From Bacillota bacterium (GTDB lineage: Bacteria > Bacillota > Sulfobacillia > Sulfobacillales > Sulfobacillaceae): DNA of 64,000 nucleotides. This document shows positions 27,607 to 37,300 of this stretch, piece after piece; the first letter of the stretch is position 1, and every line of letters begins with the position of its first letter. The DNA is taken from positions 161 to 64,160 of the forward strand of contig JAJZBJ010000001.1 of the NCBI GenBank assembly GCA_021798975.1, written 5' to 3'. Both the position numbers and the translations under genes were made by a program. Under the pieces are notes generated by a model, which did not search any database, was not told the origin of the DNA, and was given only the letters and a program-made list of their open reading frames with translations.

Positions 27607-29511
27607 TTATTGTCGAATCCATAATACCATGAGGTTTTTGTCCCGGGCATAAATCGTACTGCTGTGGGGATGGGAGCGATGGTACGCGACAACCCAGTAA
27701 TAGGCCCGGGATTCGATCGCCTGCAACGAGCGCCCGCTGTACACATTAGGCCCCGAAGCCATCGGGAGCTGCGCCGCAGCGGGGCTGACCCGCTGGTTGT
27801 CCGGATACAAGCGAGGCTCGACGAAGATGAACACGTCAGGCGACAAAATGGGGTTGCGGCTGTCGGTCCTCAGCAAATAATGCGGATTCATGGCATCTTG
27901 GATGCTATAGGTTGTGACAAAGCTCGCCAACTCCTCATGCCAGCCGCGCCCCAGGATTTCACTGTACTGCTCGGTCGGCGATACAATCGTCCATTGGTAC
28001 GGCGGCAAGGTCTGCTCAATCTGGAGCGTCACGTGCCCCGCCAACGGCGGGTCGAACCGCATCAGCGTCACCGAATTAGCTGGGCGCAGGGCCCCGACGA
28101 CCGCCACCGCAATTAGTACCACATTCACGCCCAAACGGTATTGGGGGCGGGTTACGGCCGGCACTAGAAGCAAATCGAGGCCTAACAACAAAACCATGAG
28201 ACCTAAGGCATCGCTCCAAAGCATCGTGGACGCTACGGTATTGATGTGGCCCAGCAGCGCCGCCGCGAGCGCCATCGCCCCGGTCAACCAGGACAGGCGC
28301 TTGCGTACCGGATCGGTTGACCGCAGCACATTCAACGCGGCAATGCCCAGTCCGAGCCAGACAGACGCATAGGCGCTGAGACCCGGAGTGACCCATATGT
28401 GGCTGAGCCGCGCAAACGGAACCACCAGCCACCCCTCCGGATTCCAGGCATGACCCGTCACCAGTCCAACCGCCACCGGAACCACGCCCAAAATCACGGC
28501 GCTAAACCCGCCGGTCACAACACGCACGACCTGGCCTTCCCGCCCCCACACAATCCCGGCGGCCACCACCGCCCCCAGCAACCCTTCCGGGGGGCTAATC
28601 AAAGACGCCCCCAGCAACGTGAATCCGACAAGAATCGCATGGTGATTCTCCGGGCTTTGAGACCAAGCTACAGCTTCCGCCCACGCGATGAGGACCAGCA
28701 CCATCGCCCACCGCATGGCGAGCGGACTTTGAAAGTTGTCCGGAAAGCCCAGGTGGGCAATGGACGACACACTAGCCAAAAACATAATCAGCGCCGTCAT
28801 GCGGCCCGAACGCGTCAACTGATGGGCCAATGCCCCGACGGCAATCACCGTAAACACACCCGCCAAGGGGTACAAAAATCGCAACACTTCCATCGATGGC
28901 AGGAAGAATGCGGTCGAGATCGCAGCCCCCAGGGCCGGCAGGCCGACCGGCGCCGCGCCGCCAGGGTATACGCCCGTGTTCGCGGTAAAGCTGGCAATGC
29001 GAAGCAGGTTGGCATAGCCTTGCGGCGTACCGGGATCCGCTTGATGGAGCCAGGGCCATGACCCATAGACGAGCGCCCACAGCATGGCCGCCCCAGCCAA
29101 CACCATGCCAACCGTCCCGTAATCACTGTGCATCGCCCGCCAAGCCTGTTTCCACGACTCCCGCAAGCGTACCATCTGGTTATCCAGCGCTTGACGGGGC
29201 CGTTCAAAAACATCCCAGACCCGGCCGCCCGGCTCAGCCGGCGCTTCAACTGGAGCACGGGCGCCGACGCGCCAAGCAGCCACGAACGCCAGCAAGACGG
29301 TCACGAATAGTACCGAATATCGGAGTGAGTTCACGTAGGCCAGGACGGTAACCGCCACAATCCAAAAGGAAAACCCGGCTGCCAGAGTCGACGCACCGGT
29401 GCCGGCCTTTTTCCGCACGCGGGACAGGGCCCACCAAGGAAGAATCACAAACATCAGAGCCGCCGCCAGCAGCACATGGATTTCGCCCACAATGGATGCT
29501 GTCAGGCCCAC
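27607..29511 (-). CDS. Polytopic membrane protein, divergent paralog 3
   Basis: Same layout as the other two (GVYPGG, WTIVS...Y, FIFVEP), but the acidic motifs are lost. Confidence 0.6.
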   Translation of the reverse strand: MGLTASIVGEIHVLLAAALMFVILPWWALSRVRKKAGTGASTLAAGFSFWIVAVTVLAYVNSLRYSVLFVTVLLAFVAAWRVGARAPVEAPAEPGGRVWDVFERPRQALDNQMVRLRESWKQAWRAMHSDYGTVGMVLAGAAMLWALVYGSWPWLHQADPGTPQGYANLLRIASFTANTGVYPGGAAPVGLPALGAAISTAFFLPSMEVLRFLYPLAGVFTVIAVGALAHQLTRSGRMTALIMFLASVSSIAHLGFPDNFQSPLAMRWAMVLVLIAWAEAVAWSQSPENHHAILVGFTLLGASLISPPEGLLGAVVAAGIVWGREGQVVRVVTGGFSAVILGVVPVAVGLVTGHAWNPEGWLVVPFARLSHIWVTPGLSAYASVWLGLGIAALNVLRSTDPVRKRLSWLTGAMALAAALLGHINTVASTMLWSDALGLMVLLLGLDLLLVPAVTRPQYRLGVNVVLIAVAVVGALRPANSVTLMRFDPPLAGHVTLQIEQTLPPYQWTIVSPTEQYSEILGRGWHEELASFVTTYSIQDAMNPHYLLRTDSRNPILSPDVFIFVEPRLYPDNQRVSPAAAQLPMASGPNVYSGRSLQAIESRAYYWVVAYHRSHPHSSTIYARDKNLMVLWIRQ

Positions 29512-31415
29512 TACTCCTCACCTCCAGACGGATTTACGAGTTCATACACGACCAGTTGGCGGTTGGCAAAATAGACTGGCAAGGGCCCGTGCCGTGCTTG
29601 CCAATGACGGACCCAACCCCGCTCGTCGGCAAGCTGGCGTTGGTCGGGAATCTGCCATTGGGCAAACATCTCCCCGTACATCAAGGACAGCCGGCGCGGC
29701 ACAAAAATGAACACGCGGTGCTGATAGATAGGCGCGGCCCGGTGCGGGGTGTAGCGATACACCGGCCAGCGCGCGCGTGCGGGCACGTGTTTGACCCAGA
29801 CTGAGGGATTGATCTGATAGCCTTGATTGGCGGCTAACGCATAGTCGTCAGCCGACACCACCAGCCAGCTGTTTCTGGGAAAGGTGCGCACAATATGCTC
29901 AAACTCGGCCACGGTGACGTCGGGGTCCATGGTATAGGAAGCCAGCGGGGCGGGGGGCTCCCCCCACCCCAGAGCCAATCCGGCCAAGGAGACCGCCGCT
30001 GCCATGGCCGCACTGCGGACCCGCTCCGCTACCCCCAGCCCAGCCATACTGTCTTCCAGAGCGGCTGCTCCCAAGCCGGCGGCAAGAGCCAGCGCCAAGG
30101 CCACCAGCTCGCCGCTCCGCACCGACAGCGCCAGCGACCGGACACCGATCGAGGGCAGTTCCTGAACTCCGACAGCTCCCAAGAGCAGTCCGGCGGCCGT
30201 CATCGCCAGTCCCGCCTTGACCGCATCACGGCGCAGCGCCGCCACGAGCCAATAGGCAGCCGCGGCAGCCCAGCCCAGCCAGTCCTCCACAGGCAGGCCG
30301 GACGCCCCGGACACCCCTGAGGACGCGGTCAGAAAGGGAATCGTCGTGGCTAGAAACGGGATCCCCGCCAATAGTCCCATGGCATAGGGAGCCACCGTCG
30401 CCAGCGCTGCCACGGAGACGGCCGGCACAAACCGGCGAAAAACGGGAAGCGTGGCTTGGCGGGTCAGCAGCGCCGCCACCGTGGCCGCCACCGCCGCAAT
30501 CGCGGCGTTCAAGAGAGCAATCGGATGGATGAGTCCGACGGCCGCCAATAGCAATCCCGAAACGGTTACGTAGCCCATACGGCGGACCGTCCACGCTTGA
30601 TAGACAAAATAGGCGGTCGGCAACACCAGCATATTGCCAAACTCCTGGGCTTCCGTCGCAATTTGGCGGGCCTCGGTATAGGGCAGGAAATGCCCAAACA
30701 CGCCATATAAGAGACCGGCCGCCAGTCCCGCCGCCTTTCGCCCGGTGAACCGCCAGCTCGTCCACATAACCGACGCGACCATGGCCAAGCCCACGGTCGA
30801 CCCAAAGAACTTATCGAACGGAATCGCGCTGGTCCGGGTGACCCGGTGCAGGATCGCCATCACAAGGTACTCGCCTTGTGGGTACAGGCCATTGGGAAAC
30901 AGCATGCCGTGCTCGATGCTCTTCATCCACGACAATGTTTCATAGGCGTCGGAAAACGGGAGGGCGGCATGCGTCCAGTTGAAATCAAACCGGATCCAGG
31001 CCGATAGGCCCAATACCGCCGCGGTCAGCAGCATCCCCACGGTGGGGCGCCACGACCCGCTTCGGCTGCGTCCGGCCCATGCGCGCAGTTGATGCCCAAT
31101 CCGCTCCACGGTACTGTACAGATCTTCCGCCACCCACAGCATGTGGGTGTCTTGTCGCTCGCGGCGGTAAAAGAACCATCGAATTCCCCAGAGAACTGCG
31201 GTCAACACCGCTAAATTCAGAACCCGGGCGGCGGCCAGTACATAGCCCGCCATCATCAGCACCGTCAACATGGAAAGCGCTTGGGCCACCGCCTGGTCCT
31301 CCGCCTCCACATCAAAACGGGGCAAAAACCAGCGGGCGGCCACCCCAAACACCAACCCAATCCCCAGCGCCAACTGCACAACCGTCAAGAGCAGCAATCC
31401 CTGCGGCAGTGCCAT
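29511..31415 (-). CDS. Polytopic membrane protein, putative GT-C-type glycosyltransferase (paralog 2)
   Basis: SDAYE, FPNGLYPQG, EAQEFG, HPIALLNA; start overlaps the pelG-like stop codon. Confidence 0.6.
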   Translation of the reverse strand: MALPQGLLLLTVVQLALGIGLVFGVAARWFLPRFDVEAEDQAVAQALSMLTVLMMAGYVLAAARVLNLAVLTAVLWGIRWFFYRRERQDTHMLWVAEDLYSTVERIGHQLRAWAGRSRSGSWRPTVGMLLTAAVLGLSAWIRFDFNWTHAALPFSDAYETLSWMKSIEHGMLFPNGLYPQGEYLVMAILHRVTRTSAIPFDKFFGSTVGLAMVASVMWTSWRFTGRKAAGLAAGLLYGVFGHFLPYTEARQIATEAQEFGNMLVLPTAYFVYQAWTVRRMGYVTVSGLLLAAVGLIHPIALLNAAIAAVAATVAALLTRQATLPVFRRFVPAVSVAALATVAPYAMGLLAGIPFLATTIPFLTASSGVSGASGLPVEDWLGWAAAAAYWLVAALRRDAVKAGLAMTAAGLLLGAVGVQELPSIGVRSLALSVRSGELVALALALAAGLGAAALEDSMAGLGVAERVRSAAMAAAVSLAGLALGWGEPPAPLASYTMDPDVTVAEFEHIVRTFPRNSWLVVSADDYALAANQGYQINPSVWVKHVPARARWPVYRYTPHRAAPIYQHRVFIFVPRRLSLMYGEMFAQWQIPDQRQLADERGWVRHWQARHGPLPVYFANRQLVVYELVNPSGGEE

Positions 31416-33004
31416 CACGTCAACCTGTACAAGAAATAGTCCATCTGCGGCAACAGTCTGAGCACCACTTGGGTGCTGTAGGCAGCCAGAAATACGGCGC
31501 TGCCTACCAATCCCATGACTGCAAACTGATAGCCATTCAGGAATTGGGTGGCCAGCACCCCGATTACCAAGTCCCCGATAATGCCGTAGCCCAGCACCCG
31601 CAACGCGGGACGGGGATGCGACAGGGTGAACAGTAACAGAATGTTGAAGATGCCAACCGACAACAACACGTACGCCCAGCTGGACCAAGCAAAAACAAAC
31701 GGCTCAACGCCCCGTACCGGGACGCTGGTTCGGAATAGGGGCAGGGGCGCCACAAATTTGACCAAAAGTTGGGTCAAGAGCACGCCCAGCACCGACACGG
31801 CCACGAAGATGCCGAGTCGAATGAAATAGACCTGGCGCAGTTCGGCCACCATCTCCTCGCGACTGCGGAGCCGCAAGCGGTGTTCCATGGCCTCCAGCCT
31901 TCGCATCACGCTCGAAATCAGCACCTCGGCCACGCTGAGCGGCAAGAACAGCGCCATCAAAGACCAGTCCATGCCGAGCTCATACTGCCCCCGAAACCAA
32001 ATATTGTACGGCAGATATGTGGTTTGCGAGGACCAGGCGACCAGACGGTCGATATAAATGTAGACAAAGTACAACAAGCCGTAGATGAAATAAGGACTGG
32101 CTCCATGTGCCAGTTGGGCCAGTCGGGTCTTGAAGACCCCGGTGAGCGCCTGAAACCCGCGGGTGCGGCGCCGAAACAAAACCAGAGAGGTGCCCAGCCC
32201 GAGAAGCGACGCCAATCCCATAGCGACCGCCTGGGCCCATTCCACCGGTAAACCGCGGCGATGCAGGAAGTAGGCGACGGCGATCGCAGCCGCCGTGATG
32301 AAGGTCAAGAAGTATTCCCGGCGCAGGATATACAAACCCGTAAACGCGAGCCACATCATGGACAAGAGCACCATGTACAGAATCATGAGGATAACGAGAC
32401 TCTCGGGCATGATAGGGAATACAAAATCGCCGACCACAACCAGTGCCGCAAACGCGAACGTCACGCCCATGGCCCAGCGCATGACCAAGAAGACGGTGGC
32501 TTCGATTTCCTGCACCTTCTGCATGCCGCTTAAGACGTAATAGATGTTGGTCATCGCTTGGGTAAATCCACCCGTCGTGAGAAAGCTCAGAAAGGTGGCG
32601 AGCGCGATCGCCGTCGCATTGGCTACCGAAAAGAACTGATACGAGGCAAACGAAATATGCAAGGTAATCATGGCAGCCACCGAAACAATCATCGGCAGCG
32701 TAAAGGTCAGCCCATGCCCGATATCGCGGATCACGGACAAGAGCAAGGCCCGAGCTGTAATGGTCACCTTAATGGGCAGCGGGGACTGTTCCAAATTCCT
32801 GCGAATGTCGTTGTACAAGTCCTCCGCGGCATGGAAAATATCCGGATACCCGAAGGACTCTTCCACGCGGCGGTCCGTCCAGCCCAGCGATTCTAGGATC
32901 GCGGCCACATCGAGAGGATCCTGGACGTCGGGGTTGGTTTCTTGCACTTGGGTGCGAAGCCGGCTCCAATTCACTTCGCGAAAGGCGCTTTGCGACACGC
33001 CCAC
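31415..33004 (-). CDS. pelG: PelG-like polysaccharide exporter with N-terminal extension
   Basis: About 12 TM segments, SFLTTGGFTQ, YIDRLVAW, YELGMD; adjacent to pelF; GTG start with GGAGG RBS. Confidence 0.7.
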   Translation of the reverse strand: MGVSQSAFREVNWSRLRTQVQETNPDVQDPLDVAAILESLGWTDRRVEESFGYPDIFHAAEDLYNDIRRNLEQSPLPIKVTITARALLLSVIRDIGHGLTFTLPMIVSVAAMITLHISFASYQFFSVANATAIALATFLSFLTTGGFTQAMTNIYYVLSGMQKVQEIEATVFLVMRWAMGVTFAFAALVVVGDFVFPIMPESLVILMILYMVLLSMMWLAFTGLYILRREYFLTFITAAAIAVAYFLHRRGLPVEWAQAVAMGLASLLGLGTSLVLFRRRTRGFQALTGVFKTRLAQLAHGASPYFIYGLLYFVYIYIDRLVAWSSQTTYLPYNIWFRGQYELGMDWSLMALFLPLSVAEVLISSVMRRLEAMEHRLRLRSREEMVAELRQVYFIRLGIFVAVSVLGVLLTQLLVKFVAPLPLFRTSVPVRGVEPFVFAWSSWAYVLLSVGIFNILLLFTLSHPRPALRVLGYGIIGDLVIGVLATQFLNGYQFAVMGLVGSAVFLAAYSTQVVLRLLPQMDYFLYRLT

Positions 33005-33124
33005 AGCCAAACCTCCCCAAGATCCTACAATAATGGACAATTCATGCATATTCATCATAAACTGATCCCTGATTCAAGTAAATTTGCATGGGACAACACA
33101 ACGTGACGGAAAGGAGGGCCTAAA

Positions 33125-34873
33125 GTGGCGAGGCCGCACGTGCTCTTGGCAACCGAAGGGACCTACCCCTTTCATCAGGGCGGTGTGAGCACGTGGTGCG
33201 ACGCCTTGGTGCACCGCTTGTCCGATGTGGATTTCACCATCTTTGCAATTGCCATGAATCCCTACGTATCCGTGCAGTTCGACCTCCCATCCAACGTCGA
33301 CCGAATCGTGGCGGTGCCCTTGTGGGGCATGCAGGATCCCTCCGAGCATCGTGACGAATTGGCCTATTCGGAAATCTTTCTGCAAAAGCAGCGGACCACG
33401 TCACACGAAGTGCATACCTTGTTTCTTCCGTCTTTTCAACAATTTTTGGATGGCATCGCCGGCGCCGAGCCCGGCGGACTCGGCGAATCGTTAGCCAGCA
33501 TGTACCGGTTCTTTCGCACCTTTGACTATCACACCACGTTCAAAGCCCAAGCGGTCTGGGACTTGTACAAAGCCTGGGTGCTGGGAGCATCCCGCCGCGG
33601 CTTATGGCACGAGCCCAGCATTTTTGAATCGGTGCAGGGCCTTGGCTGGATTTACCACTTTTTAACCGTACTAAATACGGCCATCCCATCGGCGGATGTT
33701 GTGCATTCCTCCGCCGCGGCCTTTTGCGGCATGGTGGGCATGGTGGCCAAAATCGAATTCGGCACCCCTTATATCCTGACGGAGCACGGGGTATACCTGC
33801 GCGAACAATACCTGGCCATCGGCCGCAGCAACATGACCCCGTTTTCGAAGCGCTTCCTGATTGCCCTCGTCAAAGCCATCAGTCGAGAGAACTTCTATTT
33901 TGCTGATGAACTAGCCCCGGTGTGCGCTTTCAACGGCCGCTGGGAGCGCGTCTTGGGGGCGGACGGCGATAAGATCCGGGTCATCTACAACGGGGTTAGC
34001 CAAGATGTGTTCTATCCGCACCCAACCCCCCGGCCCGCAGCGCGAAGCGAAACCTCCCCGATAGAAATTCTGTCGGTAGCCCGTATCGATCCCAACAAAG
34101 ACTTGGAAACGCTGCTGCGGGCCGTGCATTTGGTGCAGTCCTTTAAGATCCCGGTACATGTGCGAGTGCTGGGCTCTGTGTCGGTGCCCGACTACCACGA
34201 GCGGATCATCGCTTTGCGGCGGGAGTTGGGTCTGGAAGACATCGTGGAACTGGCGGGCCATTCCGAAGACATCAGCAGCGCTTATCGCGATGCCGATCTG
34301 GCGGTGCAGTCGAGCGTCACCGAAGCCTTCCCGTACTCCGTGCTCGAATCGATGATGTCCGGCACTCCCATGGTCGCCACCGATGTCGGAGGAACTCGGG
34401 AAGCCTTGGGATCCGCGGGAATCTTGGTGCCTTCGCGGGATCCAGGCAAGCTGGCCATGGGCATTGCGCTCTTGGCACAGGATGAGGATCTGCGGCGCAA
34501 ACTGGGCCGGTCGGCCCGTGAGCGGGCCTTGCAGTATTTCGAGATCTCCCAAACCATGCAGTCTTTCTTTGACTTATACCGGTACTGGCAGGGGACATTG
34601 CCCGCCGAGACCTCGCCCGGCACCGCGCCCGCTCCCCTCATCCATGTCACGCGGGCTCTCCTCCTCAAACAGATGGGAGAGATCCGCATGGCCCACGCGG
34701 AATTGGAGTCCGCGATTAGAGAGCTGGGCAACCATGCGGCCGCCGTGCCCCTGCTCGTCGAACTGGCAGCGCTGGAAATGCGGGAGGGCCAGCCCGCGTC
34801 AGCCCATGAGCACCTGCTGAAATCCCGCCTTCTCGAAGAGTGGTTCCGCACCAGTCTGCCAAAGGCCAACTAG
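33125..34873 (+). CDS. pelF: PelF-like GT4 glycosyltransferase (DUF3492 + GT4) with helical C-terminal tail
   Basis: TEGTYPFHQGGVSTW, LTEHGVYLRE, ARIDPNKD, EAFPYSVLE, VATDVGG. Confidence 0.9.
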   Translation: MARPHVLLATEGTYPFHQGGVSTWCDALVHRLSDVDFTIFAIAMNPYVSVQFDLPSNVDRIVAVPLWGMQDPSEHRDELAYSEIFLQKQRTTSHEVHTLFLPSFQQFLDGIAGAEPGGLGESLASMYRFFRTFDYHTTFKAQAVWDLYKAWVLGASRRGLWHEPSIFESVQGLGWIYHFLTVLNTAIPSADVVHSSAAAFCGMVGMVAKIEFGTPYILTEHGVYLREQYLAIGRSNMTPFSKRFLIALVKAISRENFYFADELAPVCAFNGRWERVLGADGDKIRVIYNGVSQDVFYPHPTPRPAARSETSPIEILSVARIDPNKDLETLLRAVHLVQSFKIPVHVRVLGSVSVPDYHERIIALRRELGLEDIVELAGHSEDISSAYRDADLAVQSSVTEAFPYSVLESMMSGTPMVATDVGGTREALGSAGILVPSRDPGKLAMGIALLAQDEDLRRKLGRSARERALQYFEISQTMQSFFDLYRYWQGTLPAETSPGTAPAPLIHVTRALLLKQMGEIRMAHAELESAIRELGNHAAAVPLLVELAALEMREGQPASAHEHLLKSRLLEEWFRTSLPKAN

Positions 34874-34956
34874 GACCTTGTGGTTTCCCGGGGCGGCGTT
34901 TACTATGAAGAATAACCAAACTTTGGCCAAGCTTTGCCATGGAAAGGAGGATGCCG

Positions 34957-35469
34957 ATGTTGCGGCCCATGCGTCGAGCCTTGTGGGGATACCGCAGGCG
35001 AGATGCCGACCAGTATATCGCGGCCCTGAACACCGCCCTGCAGCAGCGTCGGCAGGAGCGTGAAGCCCGCCTGGCGGAGTTGCGCGCATCTCTCCAATCT
35101 TCGGAAGAAGGGATCCATGACAAAGAGGCCCAACTGAAATCGTTGGAGGCCGAGTATTTCCGCTTGAGCGGCGAGTTGAACACGCTGGCCGCCCGCTCGC
35201 AGGAACAGTTGGAGCGATCCCAGCAGGAACTCAGAGACCGGGAAACCGCGTTGTGGACCGATGTCGAGACAGATCGGCACTACGCCCAGAACCTCAATAC
35301 CACCATTCAACAGATTCCGGATCAAATCCGCTCGATTATTGAATCGATTGCTGCCTCCATTGTGCATGCCGCGCCCCGCTCCGAGTCGCGCTTTCCCCGC
35401 GGGACGATGAGCCGGGAGCGAGACCCAAACCCCGGTTCCCCCGAGGCTGGAGGCAGGTCCCGTGGATGA
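34957..35469 (+). CDS. DivIVA-like coiled-coil protein
   Basis: RRALWGYRRRDADQYI followed by a coiled coil; AAGGAGG RBS. Confidence 0.65.
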   Translation: MLRPMRRALWGYRRRDADQYIAALNTALQQRRQEREARLAELRASLQSSEEGIHDKEAQLKSLEAEYFRLSGELNTLAARSQEQLERSQQELRDRETALWTDVETDRHYAQNLNTTIQQIPDQIRSIIESIAASIVHAAPRSESRFPRGTMSRERDPNPGSPEAGGRSRG

Positions 35470-37300
35470 ATTTCCCGCGATAGTCGACGATGCCGCCGAC
35501 ACTCTTCCGCGGGGCCTGTTTGGCTATCGCATGCGGACACTCGAACACTATATCCGCCAACTTCAGCGCAGTGAGGACGCCGAGAGCCGCTCCTGGTCCA
35601 ATGAAGTTCAGCGGCTCACCATTGAAACCGCGCGCAACACGGAACGTCAAAAAACCTTAGAGGACTTGGCGAGCCACATGCGTCTGGAGTGTGAGCGTCT
35701 GAAGCTCCAGCTTGAGCGGGAAAAAATCAATTCCCGGCTGGCCGAACACGGAGTGCGTGAAGAACTCCACCGTCTGGAATCGGAATACCGCGACCGGATG
35801 ACTGTCATACAATCCACACAGTCCCGTGTCCAAGCGGAGGCAGAAGCTTACGAGAAGCAGCTGTGGCAGTTGTCCGAAAGCTTAACCCGTGTTCTCCAGG
35901 ACTCGCAAACGGTCGCCATGAAACAGTTGTCCAACGAAACCCCCGATGGCGTGTGGCAGGACTTTTGCCATACAGTCTTGGGACACTCCGCACCCTCCGA
36001 GCCGGTGGAGTCGCTGGCCCACGGGCTCTTAATCCGGTACGCGGTGCCACAACGAACCATCCGCATATCGGCACGGCAGGGAGAGGACCTGGGCTTCTTG
36101 AGTGCCCTCTTGATAGGAACCGTGCCGATGGGCATTGTCGGCTATGTGGTCGAGGGGCTTGGGGTCATCCCGTCCGATGATGTAAGGGTTTTGCGTCCCC
36201 ACCACATCATGGTGCAATCGCAGTATGAACTGGTGCCAGAAGACCTCGTGGTGGACTCGTATGCGGGAATGCCATTCGATCCGGACAGTGAGCCGCCCGC
36301 TCCCCATGATCCCAGCCGCAATTCCAATGGGCCGCGTGTTGGCATGCGCGATGAGCTTCCCTCTGAGCCGGCCTCAGCCTCCCACCCAGAATCTCTCCCT
36401 GCCGCTGAGGACGCCAGCCCGGACATCGTGATGGAGCCCGCCCCGGTGGAGCACGAACGCCAAGGGGCCCGGGCGGTGCCCGAGCCCTCCGGGGCGCGCC
36501 CAGCCGACGACACCCGAACCGCCGATGCAGAAACAAGGTCCGCACCCTCCAACGAGGAACCGGACAGACCGGTGGCCCAAATCCCATTGGAACCCACCGC
36601 CGAAGCGGCCCTTGCCATACCCGCATCCGTCGATGTTCCCACCGTCCCGTTAATCGGAGCGGTCCCGCTGCGCAGTCCGTCTCCAGAAACTACCCCGCCC
36701 CCTACCCAGACGCCTCCGCTATCCCGGGGGGAGGCGGAAGTCAGCTTGACGCCCGAGAGCGTAGATGTCCCGGACTTGGCGATTGAAGACGCAGAAGAGA
36801 TGTTGGATACTCCGAGTTGGCATCATCAATTGGCCGATCCCCATCGTGAGGACACGGCGCTGACGCTGCCAGGGATTGCCGAAGCGCGGCCCCCGCACCT
36901 CGATCCCGTGCGCCGTGTACCGCGGGCACAGGCGGCGGTCGAAGATGACCCGCTTCCGGGCATTGTCGATTCGGTGGAGGTCTTGCCGTCCCCGAGTTGG
37001 GCGGACGAGGCGCCGGTCGGGTCCCGGAGCTCCGAAACGTTCATGCCGCCTGCGCCTGTCGAGCGTCCCCCGGCGCGAACTCCGGAGATACGCGAGTCAC
37101 CGGCCCAATCGCCCTCCCTCGAGGAATCGGGCGCCTTGGACGTTCGCACCTTTCTCTATGGCAAACGGGTTGGCCAAGATATTGTCGATGCCCATGGCAA
37201 AACTATCGCGCGGGCCGGGGATGTGATCACCCCAGACATGGTTGAGCGCATCGAGCAGGCCGGCTATCTGCCCGACCTGATTGTGCACATGATTTTCTAG
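35462..37300 (+). CDS. DivIVA-like/coiled-coil protein with PRC-barrel-like domain and long Pro/Glu-rich linker
   Basis: RGLFGYRMRTLEHYI; GEDLG...IVGYVV; disordered P/E/S region; C-terminal FLYGKRVGQDIVDAHG...GDVIT. Confidence 0.6.
   Translation: MDEFPAIVDDAADTLPRGLFGYRMRTLEHYIRQLQRSEDAESRSWSNEVQRLTIETARNTERQKTLEDLASHMRLECERLKLQLEREKINSRLAEHGVREELHRLESEYRDRMTVIQSTQSRVQAEAEAYEKQLWQLSESLTRVLQDSQTVAMKQLSNETPDGVWQDFCHTVLGHSAPSEPVESLAHGLLIRYAVPQRTIRISARQGEDLGFLSALLIGTVPMGIVGYVVEGLGVIPSDDVRVLRPHHIMVQSQYELVPEDLVVDSYAGMPFDPDSEPPAPHDPSRNSNGPRVGMRDELPSEPASASHPESLPAAEDASPDIVMEPAPVEHERQGARAVPEPSGARPADDTRTADAETRSAPSNEEPDRPVAQIPLEPTAEAALAIPASVDVPTVPLIGAVPLRSPSPETTPPPTQTPPLSRGEAEVSLTPESVDVPDLAIEDAEEMLDTPSWHHQLADPHREDTALTLPGIAEARPPHLDPVRRVPRAQAAVEDDPLPGIVDSVEVLPSPSWADEAPVGSRSSETFMPPAPVERPPARTPEIRESPAQSPSLEESGALDVRTFLYGKRVGQDIVDAHGKTIARAGDVITPDMVERIEQAGYLPDLIVHMIF

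Noticed and set aside
31416-31688. N-terminal extension of the 725-aa ORF overlapping pelG
   Set aside because: Comparison with the paralog and the stop/start overlap place the start at about 31415
20722-37300. Glycan locus as a recently acquired mobile island
   Set aside because: No mobility genes, flanking repeats or obvious GC shift by eye
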